Below are positions 23,140-35,614 of a DNA stretch of 64,000 nt, in pieces. Numbering within the stretch: the first letter of the stretch is position 1; each line of letters starts with the position of its first letter. The stretch is from positions 108,626,001 through 108,690,000 of the forward strand of contig CM059432.1 in assembly GCA_030390025.1 (NCBI GenBank). The letters run 5' to 3'. The notes under the pieces were generated by a model. The model saw only the letters and a list, made by a program, of their open reading frames with translations. It was not told the origin of the DNA and ran no database searches. The translations under genes and the position numbers were made by a program. This DNA comes from Squalus acanthias (Eukaryota).

Positions 23140-24510
23140 GAAATAAAACAAAACCTGCATTGATATCACACCCTTCATGTCCTCAGGATGTCCCAAAGCA
23201 CTCCACAGCCAGTGAATTACCATTTGAAGTGCAGTCACTGTTATTACATGGGCAACTGCACATTGGTGGCTTGTTTAATTGTTGATACTTTAAAAATAAT
23301 TTGTACATAACAAGGTCCCAGAAACAAATAAAAATGAATGATTGACAAGTTAATTTGTTTTTGATGGTGTTAGTTAAGAACATAAGAACATAAGAAATAG
23401 GAGCAGGAATAGGCCACTTGGCCCCTCGAGTCTGCTCCGCCATTCAATAAGATCATGGCTGATCTTGGGCTCAAAGCCACTTCCCTGCCTGCTCCCCATT
23501 TTGAGGGAAGAGTGTTTGCCAGGACAGTGGGAGACCTCCCTGACTTCAAACAATGGCCCAGAAATTTGACTCGGAGGCTTGCCGCGAGGGTAAGGATCGC
23601 GCGCGATATCACACTCCGCGCCGGCCGTTGTGTTTTGGGCCCACAGGAACTTCGGGTCCTGGGCCTCTCCCTAGTGCCGGCGCGCAGTGTGTGCGTGTCC
23701 CAGGGGCGCAGTTAGTGCGATGCGACCTCTGGGATCACGTGGGCCATGGAGAGCCAATGGCAGCAGACTATCTTTCATTCATAGATTTGACAGGAGACTT
23801 GTCAAATCTGTGAATTGAAAGAGACCCCAAAAGAACAGCTAAACCTCAAATAAATTTTTAAAAAACCCATCACATTAATAAAATAACTATAGTTAAATAA
23901 ATTAACCACTTTAAACAAAAATTTTAATTTTAAATTTTTTTTTTAAAAGTTATAAAAATAAACTTACCTTTCTTTAAAGTCTCTAAAAAAGATAAACCTG
24001 TTGAAAAAATTTTAAAATTATACTTAATTAACTACTTACCTTGTTCAAAAGGGGTCTTACGCCTCCTTTTTACATGTGTATAATCTTCCATACTTACCCT
24101 CGCGTTGAAACCTGAAAAAAAACCTAAGTGTGCTGCGTGCGCGCAGCCTCTAGTGCGCACGCGGTTCACCTAGGAACCGCCCCCTTCGCCATACCGGAAG
24201 TGCCGGTTTCCCGCGCATGCGCAGTGCATGCAGGAAACCGGCACTTCGGGACCGAATACGGGTGAGTACAGACTGAGTACTCACCCGAGAACGGCCGAAT
24301 TTTTGGGCCAATACCTTTTACGTCTACCTGAACTGGCAGATTGGGCCTTGATTTAACAGCTTGTCCCAAAAGGCAGCATCTTCAATATTGCCCCACCATC
24401 TCAGTGCTGCACTGAAGTGTTAGCCTAAATTACGTTCTCAAGCCCAGAGTGGGGCTTGAGCCCATAACCCTTTGACTCTGAGGTGACAGTGCCAGCAATT
24501 GACCAAGGTA
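23140..24510 (-). mobile_element. Decayed Deu-domain SINE split by a CR1 3'UTR piece (~23376-23500) and a MITE
   Basis: L2-like tail at 23140-23370; core and tRNA head at 24310-24510. Confidence 0.65.
23555..24309. mobile_element. MITE family C, inverted relative to 18277-19041
   Basis: TIRs GGCCCAGAAATT / AATTTTTGGGCC; TSD AAT. Confidence 0.92.
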
Positions 24511-24571
24511 ACACTTAATATCAGACAGGCAGGGAGCATAAACATGATTGATTTGGTCTATTCGGAACAAT

Positions 24572-25354
24572 GGGCCGGATGTTGCTGTAGAAAAAGCGGT
24601 GAGCCTAAAACCGCTCACCGTTATTAAAGTATAAATCAGACAGCAACTTCTGGCAACCGCACATGCACAGTTAAACGGGGAAATCAGGAAGTTGCTGCTG
24701 AGTTGCCCTGCTCCTCCAGAAGCTGCGCTATAATGGTATATTACCGAGAGACTCACCATTAAAATACATTGAACGCCGTAAAGTTGCTGTACTTCTGTGA
24801 TATATACCCACTAAACTCGCCAGAAAAAGTTAGGGCTTGTCCATTCGAGTGTAAGTAAATTTTTAACAGTGTGTTAAGTTTTAATCACTGCCAAACAACC
24901 TCTCTGGCACTGAAAAGTAACTTTTAGTATCTAGTGTCATTACTTCAGCTTTTAATTATTGTTGGAGATTTCAAAAAATAAAAAAATTTAAATAAAACTT
25001 TTTTTAACTTTTTCCTTCTGTCTCTTTTATCTCTCTCCCTTAATCCCATCTTTCTTTCCCTCGCTTTATTTCACTTTCTCTATATGATTTGACATTGAAT
25101 TAAATATTCTAGCTTACACATTCTGGTTCAGATGCTGCTCATTAACGATTCTTCAATCTGATTGGTTAAGTAGATACACCGTTGCTTGCCCTGTTCACAC
25201 AGGTCTCAGATCCACTGTAGAGGGCACTGCACCATTTTGGCTCTCTAATTTACAGTCAGTTCCAGTGCAAAATCCCATAGAAAGTCTGTGCGCAAGTGCA
25301 AGTGTAATGAACATCTGACGCCGTTCGTTCTTCACTGGGAGCAAAACCTAGCCC
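24572..25354. mobile_element. Older Harbinger-type MITE
   Basis: TIRs GGGCCGGATGTTGC / GCAAAACCTAGCCC; flanks AAT / AGT. Confidence 0.65.
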
Positions 25355-25466
25355 AGTATCTTTTGGGTGGCTTTGTTCTGTTTCCTAACTATATTAGGAC
25401 CTTGCAGCAATGGAAAATATGATGATTGGTAATCCAATCCTCCGTAGTGGCTCTGTCCTCCTGCTT

Positions 25467-25928
25467 AGAAAGAAGAAAGAAAGAACTTGCATTTATATAA
25501 CACCTTTTATGACCTCAGTATGTCTCAAAGCGTTTTACAGCAAATTGAGTACTTTTGAAGTGTAGTCACTGTTGTAATGTAGGAAATGTAGCAGCCAATT
25601 TGCATGCATCAAGTTCCCACAAACAGCAGTGAAATAAATGACCAGATAATTTGTTTCCAGTGTTGGTTGAGGGATAAATGTTGGCCAGGACTCATGGGAG
25701 AGCTCCCCTGCTCTTCTTTGAATAGTGCTGAGGGATCTTTTATATTCACCTGAGAGGAGGGCAGACGGGACCTCAGTTTAACATTCGTCACCTCTAACTG
25801 TGTTGCACTTCCTCAGTATTGCACTGAGGTGTCAGCCTAGATTATGTGCTCAAATCTGTAGTGTGAGGACTTGAACCCACAACCTTCTGATTCAGAGGCA
25901 AGAGTGTTACAACTGAGCTAATGCTGAC
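25467..25928 (-). mobile_element. Full-length tRNA-derived Deu-domain SINE (SacSINE1-like) with L2-type tail
   Basis: Head with GGTTCAAGTCC B box; core TTAAAC.GAGG.CCCGTCTG..AAAGATCCC; (TTTC)n tail. Confidence 0.85.
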
Positions 25929-26650
25929 TCTTCATGCTTTTAACCATTCTTACCAGTTTTTGCTTCTGGTCATGTTAACAAAAAATATCATAAAGAAGCC
26001 AAAACAAAGCATTTCTGCCAACAAGGAGTTAGACGAGTAATAAAGAGAGTGGATGGCAGACTGAAGCAGCAGCTGACATTAATGAAGGCAGATCAAGTTT
26101 TTAAGATACATCAAATAAACAGGATGAGATGGTCAGTGCATCAAAGTGAATCCTGCATTTTGTCTTGCCAACATTTCACTCTATGAATTATTTTGGAACT
26201 GCCATGACAGTGTGGCAATTATTCCACAGCTTGTGGGGTTTGATTTGAAAATTGTGAATCTCTTTTAAATGTTTGTTCAGATTCACCTTGACATTACAAG
26301 CTTGATCTCACAGCATTGAAGCGTGTGCACCTACTGGCCATTTGTCTCCATGAGTTTGCTGTTTGCCAGCAGACCTTGTAAAAGCACTGCGTGGACACGC
26401 GGCATCTGCATTTGCAAAGGGCAAGGAAAAAAAGAGGGTCTTTGGCTGATTGGCACTTAAATGTGCTATCTGCCAGCAGAAACCTGCAGATCTGAGAAAT
26501 CGGCAGCCCTGATTGTATCACCCTCATGGGTAGATGGTGAGCAAACAGCAAGGGTGTAGAGCTCCTCCTTTAACTTCTACATACAATCTCTTCTTAAAAC
26601 TGTTCTTCATGTTCTTGAAACTTTCCTTGTAAATCCAGGCTTTATCAGTC

Positions 26651-27042
26651 TTTTCTTTATTCATTCTCAGGATGTGGGCATTGCTGGCAAGGCCAGCATT
26701 TATTGCACATTCCTAGTTGCCCTGAGAAGGTGGTATAGCAGTTTGATACAACTGAGTGGCATGCTAGGCCACTTCAGATGGCATTTAAGAGTCAACCTCA
26801 TTGGTGTGGAAGTGAGGCCAGAGCGGGTAAGTACGGCGGGTTTCCTTCCCTAAAGGACATTAGTGAACCAATTCCATTTTTACGATAATCCAATAGCTTC
26901 ATGTTCACTTTTACTGATACCAGCCTTTTACTTCTGGATTTTTTTTAATGAATTCAAATTCTCAAACTGGTATTTGAACCCTGGCTATTTGAACTCTGGA
27001 GATCTACTAGTCCAGTAACATAACCACTGCACTACCTTACCC
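26651..27042 (-). mobile_element. SINE-like internal-deletion derivative of the tRNA-headed LINE
   Basis: First ~310 bp and last ~85 bp of 11884-15102 joined at ~26735. Confidence 0.85.
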
Positions 27043-27067
27043 TGTACGCACTGTGTATTTGGAAGAA

Positions 27068-28955
27068 ATAAAGAAAGAAGAAAGAAATAATTTGTATTTA
27101 TATAGCGCCTTTCATGACCTCAGGACGTTCCAAAATGATTTACAGCCAATGAAGTACTTTTGAAATGTAGTTACTGTTGTAATGTAGGAAATATGGTAGC
27201 CAATTTGTGCACAGCAAATTCCCCAAAGCAGCAATGAAATAAATATCGAGCTCATCTATTTTAGATGTTGGTTGATAAATGTTGGCCAGGAAAACTCCCC
27301 TGCTTTTATTTGAATAGTGCCATGGGATCTTTTATGGCCACCTGAGAGGGCAGACGATGCCTTGGTTTAACGTCTCATCCAAAAGACAGCACTTCCTGTA
27401 ATGGAATAGCCATATTTCAGAAAGATACACCATCCTATGAACAGATTTCTGATATTATTAATACATGACATACTGGGTTTAAAAGTCTGGAAAGCCTCGG
27501 CGACACAGGCTGCAAACACAATACAGGCTTTTGAGATAAGAACAGTTGATAACAAAAGCTGTAAACACCAAACAAGCTTTGAAATGGGAAATGGTTATTG
27601 ACACTGACACAATGGCCTATTGAAGAAGCAAAGAGTTGGTCCCAAGAAGTCTAGAGTTTGGAACCAAAACAATAGCAATGCCCAAGTAAAGTGTTAAAAT
27701 CTAACATGTCGAACAGGTGCACAGAACATTAAAAAAACCATGTGCCTTTGTAAAAGTAACATCAAATGAAACAGGAAACACGAATATATATATAACCAAC
27801 TAAGATGGCTAGGAAAACAAACACCCTGGATGAAGTGTTTTTGATTTACAAATTGTAAAAGGTACAAACAGAACACTTTGAAGATATAATATCAATAGAT
27901 GACACCAAGCAATCATATTATGTTTGTATTGTGAATGGAATAGTTAGGAGACACGACGTCTGCTAACAAGCAGCTAAAGGCAGTTAAGAATTCAATAGAA
28001 AAAGTTCCTAAGAATGGCATCAAATAGATAAATAGATAATACCCATAAAAATGATAAGTTTTTGAAACACCTAAAGGTAGAGACAGAATTCTAAAAGCTA
28101 ACAGCTGAATTAACAGTAAGAATAGAAAGAAGTCAACAGAGGTATGGCTAAAGATAATTAACTTACATCAGCAGAAAACGTCAAAGGATAAACCACTAAA
28201 AAAAGAAATAAAAATAGAGCTTTTCAGATAGAGAGTCGGAAGTCGCTGGAAAGGCAAGCGATTCTCGCCTTCAGAACCACTCTGTAGGCCTACAACTCTG
28301 AGTCTCGGGTAATCAAGGTATCTGATTTTGGTGGATATTCTGGATTAAGAAATAAGTAGAAGTGTGGAAATGTAACGAAGTTAAGATTTGAGAATAAGGA
28401 TCTCTGATAAGAAATGTAAGCTATTTGTATTTTGAATGGTTAAATTTGCGATTGCCATACCAGCTGTTAACTAAATGTCGGTTCTTTAATAAATCTATAT
28501 ATTTTTAAAATTGTCTCACAGAGTAATTTCTGTATCAATCTCGCAAACTCAATTTCTGTACACTCCTTTGAGAGGAGTTATAGAATTCTGGGGGGGTTTC
28601 CGGACCCTCATAATATCCGGAAGGTTACAGTCTAGTTAAACTTGTTAAAAGTGCTATCCGGAGGACGGTAACATCTTCAGGCCGTTCCTTTCCTTTAGGG
28701 AGAGATAGTCTGAACCTTTAGACCCAATTAAGCATCTCTAGGATTTGGCTACCGCTAACTTTAGTTGAAGGTGAACGTCTGGGGAATACGCCTGATCTGG
28801 GGTAGCCCGAAAAGGGCTAGGACTTGTAATTATCCCTTCATTCCGACAGTGCAGCACTCCCTCGGTATTGCACTGAAGTATCAGCTTAAATTATCTGCTC
28901 AAGTCTCTGGAGTGGGGCTTGAATCCACAACCTTCTGGCTCAGAGGTGAGAGTGC
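27068..28955 (-). mobile_element. Deu-domain SINE split by a solo LTR
   Basis: 27068-27396 and 28841-28955 rejoin as gcacttcc|gacagtgcagc. Confidence 0.85.
27397..28840 (+). mobile_element. 1444-bp solo LTR (retrovirus or Gypsy type)
   Basis: TG..CA ends; 4-bp TSD TTCC inside a SINE; AATAAA at 28488-28493. Confidence 0.8.
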
Positions 28956-30184
28956 AAAATATGTACAACATGGGTACTGTAATTTGTGAGCGACACCAAA
29001 TAAAATAGTTCTGTTGCAGCTGAGTTGTGACATTTCTTGTGGTTAAATTTGTGAGTTGGCGTTGCATTATTTTATCATTAGTTAGCAGCTTAAAGACATT
29101 GTGAATGAAAGGTTATGGACAACGAGTGAAATCGAAGCAGTGCAGTGAGTAATGCCTCAGCACAAAGCATTTAAAGGCATTTGTCATTTGTATGTGGCAG
29201 CACAGGAAATTTAGCCTTTTTAAGTGATAGACTTTAACACAATGTGAAATCAATGGCTGAGCAATATAACACAATTGGTCACATATTGATAGAATTAAAC
29301 ATTGCTGTTAACGCCACTTGTCATTGATCTGACTGGAAATGGAGTTCAAGCTTAAAAAACAGCCTGGAGCCTGAGCAAAAACTGTAGTGTTACCAATACA
29401 CTTAAAAAATATATGAAGGGCCACCTGTTTCAAACATTACATTTATTTTTTGTTTGTCCTCTGGTAAATTTTTTACATTTTTTTTTAATTGTCTAATATT
29501 TTCATAGGAAATACAGATGAAATGTTTTGGTTGAATGTTGTTCCCTTCTGAATCTGCATTAAATATGAAACTTCTGTTTGAGTTTGTTTGTCAAATTAAT
29601 TTAGAGCTGGTTGAAATTCAATCTAGTGGTTTTTCAGGGCATGGAGTGTAGATCTCGTGGCTAGTTTCCTGCGTCCTCTAAAGAGGATGTTAATGGGACA
29701 TGAAATTTTTGTTGCACCGTTTTGTAATTTCTACAGCTAATTTGAGATTACATTAACACTAGAAGTGCATTTATAGCTTAAAATGTAATTTGAGTTTTGT
29801 CACTGCACAAAGTTTGGTGCAATTGAATCATTCCAATTCCCACTTTCAACATAATGACCCTTGTCTATTTGCTCTGCAGATTATTTTCCCTGTCACATTC
29901 TTAGGATGTGCCATTAACTGAGGTAGTTAAAGTGAAAAAGATAAATTGTAAAAAAAGGACAAAGTGGTCATTTTTACAAATAAATGCGTCCAGTGCACAG
30001 CTTTGCGCTGCAGGAGTGCAGATCAGGAATTCAGGTGTGGGGGACTAGCATGTCCTGCAAGATTTTCTGTCCATTAAAATGAATTGATAGAAATTCATGG
30101 GCTGCATGTGCCTTTCCCATATATGGATCGTGCTGGACAAGGCTCTGCGCTGGGAGTGCACACTCGGAAAACTTACCAAATGGT

Positions 30185-30870
30185 AATTAATGATTTAGAT
30201 ATGAATGTAGGAGGTATGATCAGTAAGTTCACAGATGACACGAAAATTGGTGGAGTGATAAATAGCGAGGAGGGAAGCCTCAAGTTACAGGACGATATAG
30301 ACGGGATGGTTAGATGGGCAGAACAGTGGCAAATGGAATTGCCTTAAATCCAGCAGCATTGATGACATAATCGAAGGCGAGTTTCTGTATGAAAAGGCTC
30401 ATGAGCCAGGGGTTCCCACATGCTGGAAATCAATTGCCCAATTAGGGCAAAATCGCACTTTTGTCCCACTTTACATCAGAGTCGGGATCCTGACACGACG
30501 ACCACCTGACATGCCCCCAGCCCACCCCCATAGGGTAGATAGAAAGGAACTTTTCCCCTTAGTAGAGGGGTCAATAACCAGGGGGCATAGTTTCATGGTA
30601 AGGGGCAGGAGGTTTAGAGGGGATTTGAGGAAAAACTTTTTCATCCAGAGGGTGGTTGGAATCTGGAACTCACTGCCTGAAAGGGTGGTAGAGGCAGGAA
30701 CCCTCACAACATTCAAGAAGCATTTAGATGAGCACTTGAAATGCCATAGCATACAAGGCTACGGACCAAGTGCTGGAAAATGGGATTAGAATAGACAGGG
30801 CTTGATGGCCGTTGCGGACACAATGGGCCGAAGGGCCTCTTTCTGTGCTGTATAACTCTATGACTCTATG
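30185..30870 (+). mobile_element. CR1 fragment whose middle is replaced by a Harbinger-A subterminal piece
   Basis: INDLD..KFTDDTK up to 30340; 3' ORF end and (ACTCTATG)n tail at 30532-30870. Confidence 0.85.
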
Positions 30871-31844
30871 GTGTCCTATTGCAACATGTTTGTCTTTTGC
30901 GCACTCGCAAGTAGAGAATTGAGACTAAATGCTGGTGACGTGTTGCACAATAAATGTTCTCAATGGGGTAAAACATTTTTGATGTTCAATTCCTGCTGAA
31001 CTTTTTACTTCTCTGACCCCTGACATGATTTTTTTTCTTGGCTCCTCAAGGTCCAAACCCCGCACCCTTCAGGAATTGCAGGAAACGTTTTTATAATTAA
31101 GAACTGAAAATGCAAAGCCCTATGTAGGAGTAATATTTGTATTTAAACTATTTTGCATATTTAGTTCATTTGTAAAGATCTGTTTCTATAAAACTCATTT
31201 GTTTAAAACTTTTTCTCACTGCTGACTGGAAGGATTCTACATGAAATGAGTTTGGGCAGCCATAACTCAATTCCTAAAGGGCAAACAGAATTTAATTTGG
31301 AATTAATTTGGAACTAAACTATCAAACTTACTTAGAAATGCCATGGGATGGCTCGCTTCAGAAACTGTCAATTTGGTACAGGAGTGGATTGGAATTGAGG
31401 TACGTTGATGACATCATTCAACAAACAGTCATGACATTTCTGACTTGCGAGTGGTTGATACAGAGACAGGCGCCCGATAGTGTTTCATTGTCCAGCAATA
31501 TGATTCTTCAGCTTAACGGGCACAAAACTCACTTTTAAAAAAACCCAAAGAAGTTAATCATTTGAGACAATTTTGTACTTTCACAAGCAACTTAGCACAA
31601 ATAAAAGCTTTTCGGTTTAAAAAAAACGTCATGGGTAAAAATTAAATGGTGCTCAGAAAAACATTACGCTCTATAGATTAGGACAAAGGGTCTAAAGTTA
31701 GTGATTTGTATAATTTTAAGATCTTTGTCTGAAGGTGTAGAATCATAAAAAGTACAGTACAGAAGTAAGTAATTTAACCTATCGGGCGTGTGCCAGTGAT
31801 AACTCTTCAACTCTTCAATCTCACTTCCCTGCACTTTCATGTAG

Positions 31845-33070
31845 TTTAATGTTGTAAAACGTCCCAAGGCGCTTCACAGGAGTGTTATAAGACAAAAAAA
31901 ATTGACACCGAGCCACAAAAGGAGAAATTAGGGCAGATGACCAAAAGCTTGGTCAAAGAGGTAGGTTTTAAGGAGCGTCTTAAAAGAGGAAAGAGCGGTA
32001 GAGGGGTGGAGAGGTTTAGGGAGGGAATTCCAGAGCTTAGGACCTAGGCAGCTGAAGGCACGGCCACCAATAGTTGAGCGATTATAATCAGGGATGTGCA
32101 AGAGGGCAGAATTAGAGCAGCGCAGATATCTCTGGGGGCTGTGGGGCTGGAGGAGATTACAGAGATAGGGAGGGGCGAGGCCATGGAGGGATTTGAAAAC
32201 AAGGATGAGAATTTTAAAATCGAGGTGTTGCTTAACCAGGAGTCTATGTAGGTCACCGAGCATAGGGATGATGGGTGAACGGGACTTGGTGCGAGTTAGG
32301 ACACAGGCAACCGAGCTTTAGATCACCTCAAGTTTACGTAGTGTGGAATGTGGGAGGCCAGCCAGGAGTGCGTTGGAATAGTCAAGTCTAGAGGTAACAA
32401 AGGCATGGATGAGGGTTTCAGCAGCAGGATGAGCTGAGGCAAGGGCGGAGACGGGCGATGTTACGGAGGTGGAAATGGGCGATCTTAGTTATGCTGCGGA
32501 TATGTGGTCGGAAGCTAATTTCAGGGTCAAATATGACACCAAGGTTGCGAACAGTCTGGTTCAACCTCAGATAGATGCTTGGGAGAGGGATGGAGTCAGT
32601 GGCTAGGGAATGGAGATTGTGGCGGGGACTGAATACAATGGCTTCGGTCTTCCCAATATTAAATTGGAGAACATTTCTGCTCATCCAGTAGTGGATGTCG
32701 GACAAGCAGTCTGACAATTTAGAGACCATGGAGGGGTCGAGAGAAGTGGTGGTGAGGTAGAGCTGGGCATCGTCAGCGTACATGTGGAAACTGACGCTGT
32801 GTTTGCAGATGATGTCGCCAAGGGGCAGCATGTAGATGAGAAATAGGAGGGGGCCAAAGATACATCCTTGGGGGACACCAGAGATAACAATACCGGAGTG
32901 GGTAGAGAAGGCGTTGCAGGTGATTCTCTGGCTACAATTAGATAGATAAGAATGGAACCAGGTGAGTGCAGTCCCACCCAGATGGACGACGGTGGAGAGG
33001 TGTTGGAGGTAGATGGAGTGGTCAACCGTGCCAAAGGCTGCAGGCAGGTTGAGTAGGATGAGGAGGGATA
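31845..33070 (-). mobile_element. L2 LINE 3' part
   Basis: HMYADDAQLYL, VRNLGVIFD, GGRAFSCLGPKLWNSLP..FKTLLKTYLF. Confidence 0.92.
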
Positions 33071-33417
33071 GTTTACCTTTGTTTCCTTATATATCCTTGC
33101 TTTTCAAATGCTCTCTTTTTTAATGTAATAGGCCGGGAATTTCCTTGGATGTTCTCCCAATTAGTCACTGTAACTTTGGCAGAAATTCTGGATACACCAA
33201 GGCTACGCAGCCAATCAGGAGAAACCCCCATGGAAATCCCGGCAATAGTTTCTGCCTCAATTGCCATTTACAGTATAGTATCCCGTGGTCTAATAACCCT
33301 CTATATAGACAAAATTTCATCTCACTGTCCCTTCATTCTTCAAGGGATAATTCTGAGTCTGCTCTCTTGTTACCAAACATCATTTAATGTGCTATCTCCA
33401 CTACAATTCCACTAATT

Positions 33418-33574
33418 GGGGGTAATTTTAACTTTGGGTGATTGTGTAAATTTGGCGATATCGAATTAACCGACCATTTTACACCCGCCTTTCCATTGAA
33501 GTCTTTTCCATTGAATAGGCGGCCAATTCGATATGGTCCATTTCACGCCATTGGCTGAAGTTAAAATTACCCCC
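33418..33574. mobile_element. 157-bp Harbinger-type MITE
   Basis: Perfect 17-bp TIR GGGGGTAATTTTAACTT; TSD ATT. Confidence 0.88.
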
Positions 33575-33664
33575 ATTGAGTGGGATCACCGGTACATTAA
33601 ACCATGCAGATCATTGTTTAGAAGGTACCAATCACTCCCAACATCACTAATTCTAAAAGGCAGT

Positions 33665-33802
33665 CGTCTGGAATTTCCACCGGGGTTCTCCTGATCTCCT
33701 GCTGTAACTTCAGCAGGAAGACTGGGGTAAACAGCGTAAATGGCCATTTCTGCCATTTCTCTGGGGTTTCCGCTGATGTTACGGTGGGAGATATTCTACC
33801 CC
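33665..33802. mobile_element. Small old MITE (related piece at ~33131-33290)
   Basis: Degenerate TIR CGTCTGGAATTTC / GATATTCTACCCC; TSD AGT. Confidence 0.55.
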
Positions 33803-34099
33803 AGTGCACATAAAGTTTTTGTACATGTGTATGCACCTTATATATAGAGAGATGCACACAAAATCAGGCAGACTAAATATCCTACCTGTACAGTAGGATC
33901 CACAAAATGTTCTATCTCAACAGTATTTGAAGCAGTGACAAACAGTGGCTGCTTTTGGAAGACACACAAGCCCCAAAATAGTGGGAACTGGCCTCACTGA
34001 ATATTGCGAGGTTCAGCCCTCCCACTAACTAATAGGCTACCTGCATATGAAAAACAGGCAGTGGGAGCCAATCTATGCAATCAACAATACTGTTTTCAT

Positions 34100-34406
34100 T
34101 ATTTTCATTATTTGTTCTTGGGATGAATGCGACACAGGCAAGATAATATTTATTGTCCGTCCTTAATTGCCCTGAGCGTCAACCACGTGGTGTGGGGCGA
34201 GTCACGTCAGACATATAGCGGTGGCAGGATCTCTTTCTTGAAGGATATTAGTGAAGCAGTTGGGTTTTTATGACAATTCGGCAGCTTTCAAGCACATCGT
34301 CTGGTGCTAGCCCATAAATTACCAGATTTATTGAATACACAGTGGGATTTGAACTCATGACCTCTGAGTTGTTGGTCCAGTATCATAACCAGTAGGCTAG
34401 TGTACC
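34100..34406 (-). mobile_element. Second, older short derivative of the tRNA-headed LINE
   Basis: Head GGTACACTAGCCTACTGGTTATG..GAGTTCAAATCCC; tail GGGCAATTAAGGACGGACAATAAAT; deletion junction differs from the 26651 copy. Confidence 0.7.
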
Positions 34407-35198
34407 ATAACATTTAGCCTATTCTGTTTTATAAGGAGCATCACAATACACATGCAGTTAAAACGAATGCCTGCTTTCATTATTTGAAATACAGGGGAAT
34501 ACTAGTGCTAACTTATTTCAGTCACCATACTTCACCATAGTTTCCAATTCACACACACACCAGCCCTCTAAAAACCCTGCCAAATAATTTTCCTGAATGT
34601 TTTCTATTTTCTTTGCCTGTGAAAAGATGATGGGTCCAAGCTGATAACTCATTCCTGCCTGCAGACGCTGCTACTTACCTATATGAGGCCAGGGAAAAAA
34701 CGATGATTCTGGCTCTGAGCTGAGCGATGAATCCTCGTGAGACCAAGCTGTTCAATCGAGCTACAGTTGCTGTAAAAGGTTTATTTTCCTCCTAATTCAG
34801 CACAGTCAGCTTTGAGAGGGCCAACATTAAAAGTGAAGGAAATTAAAATGTTATGCAGGCGGTTGGAAGGGGAGCCATTCCAAGGTTAAGATTAACCTGC
34901 ATAGGCAAGAGCCTATATCATGGTCTGCGCCATTACTGACCTAAGTGGGTTTTTTTACTGTGCTGTGTCCAATTGCAAAGACAACGCTGTTCAACTACGC
35001 AAAATATATAATAGAAAAAATCAATTCCAATATCATTAAAAAGAAAGTAAAATATTATTATAGCATTATATTATTTCTGTAAATGTTGTGTTTCTTATAG
35101 AGTATAAGGTGCAGCTGCACTGTCACTCATGTAAGGATAATGTAGCTGCTGCGGAGATTCAGCCTAAATTTGCCTGTTGTTCACTGTAACAGTGATAT

Positions 35199-35386
35199 GA
35201 GGGTAATGTTTCTGACTGCACGGAGCTTCCAGCTGGGAGCCTCGCCAACAGGAGCACAATTTGGAAATTCCGATCATTTATATTAATGGTTTGAAAATGT
35301 GCACCACACATACCAAGTTTCCAGTATTCCCTTCTAGAGGGCAAGACAGTATGTGCGCCAAAAGCTCAAAGTCAGAAAATTACCTC
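35199..35386. mobile_element. Old MITE
   Basis: Inverted ends GGTAATGTTTCTGACT / AGTCAGAAAATTACC. Confidence 0.55.
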
Positions 35387-35614
35387 TTACATGTTCTCTC
35401 CAGATTTTAGTGCGATAGTGGACATGACTAAATGATGGTGTAATAGCAGTAGGAATTGTTAATGAATTAATTGCCCATGTCTTATTCTGCTCTAAAGATT
35501 GTTCTCAGAAGTTTATTCACAGAAATGGAGGCTTTTGCTTAATTCCTTGTTAAAGGCCAATATTAGAACCTTGTGCAGAATAACACAATAAGGAGATAGA
35601 AAGGAACAGTGAGC

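Noticed and set aside
29880..29922. AG..GT-bounded plus-strand mini-exon
   Set aside because: Stops in all three frames and a weak donor.
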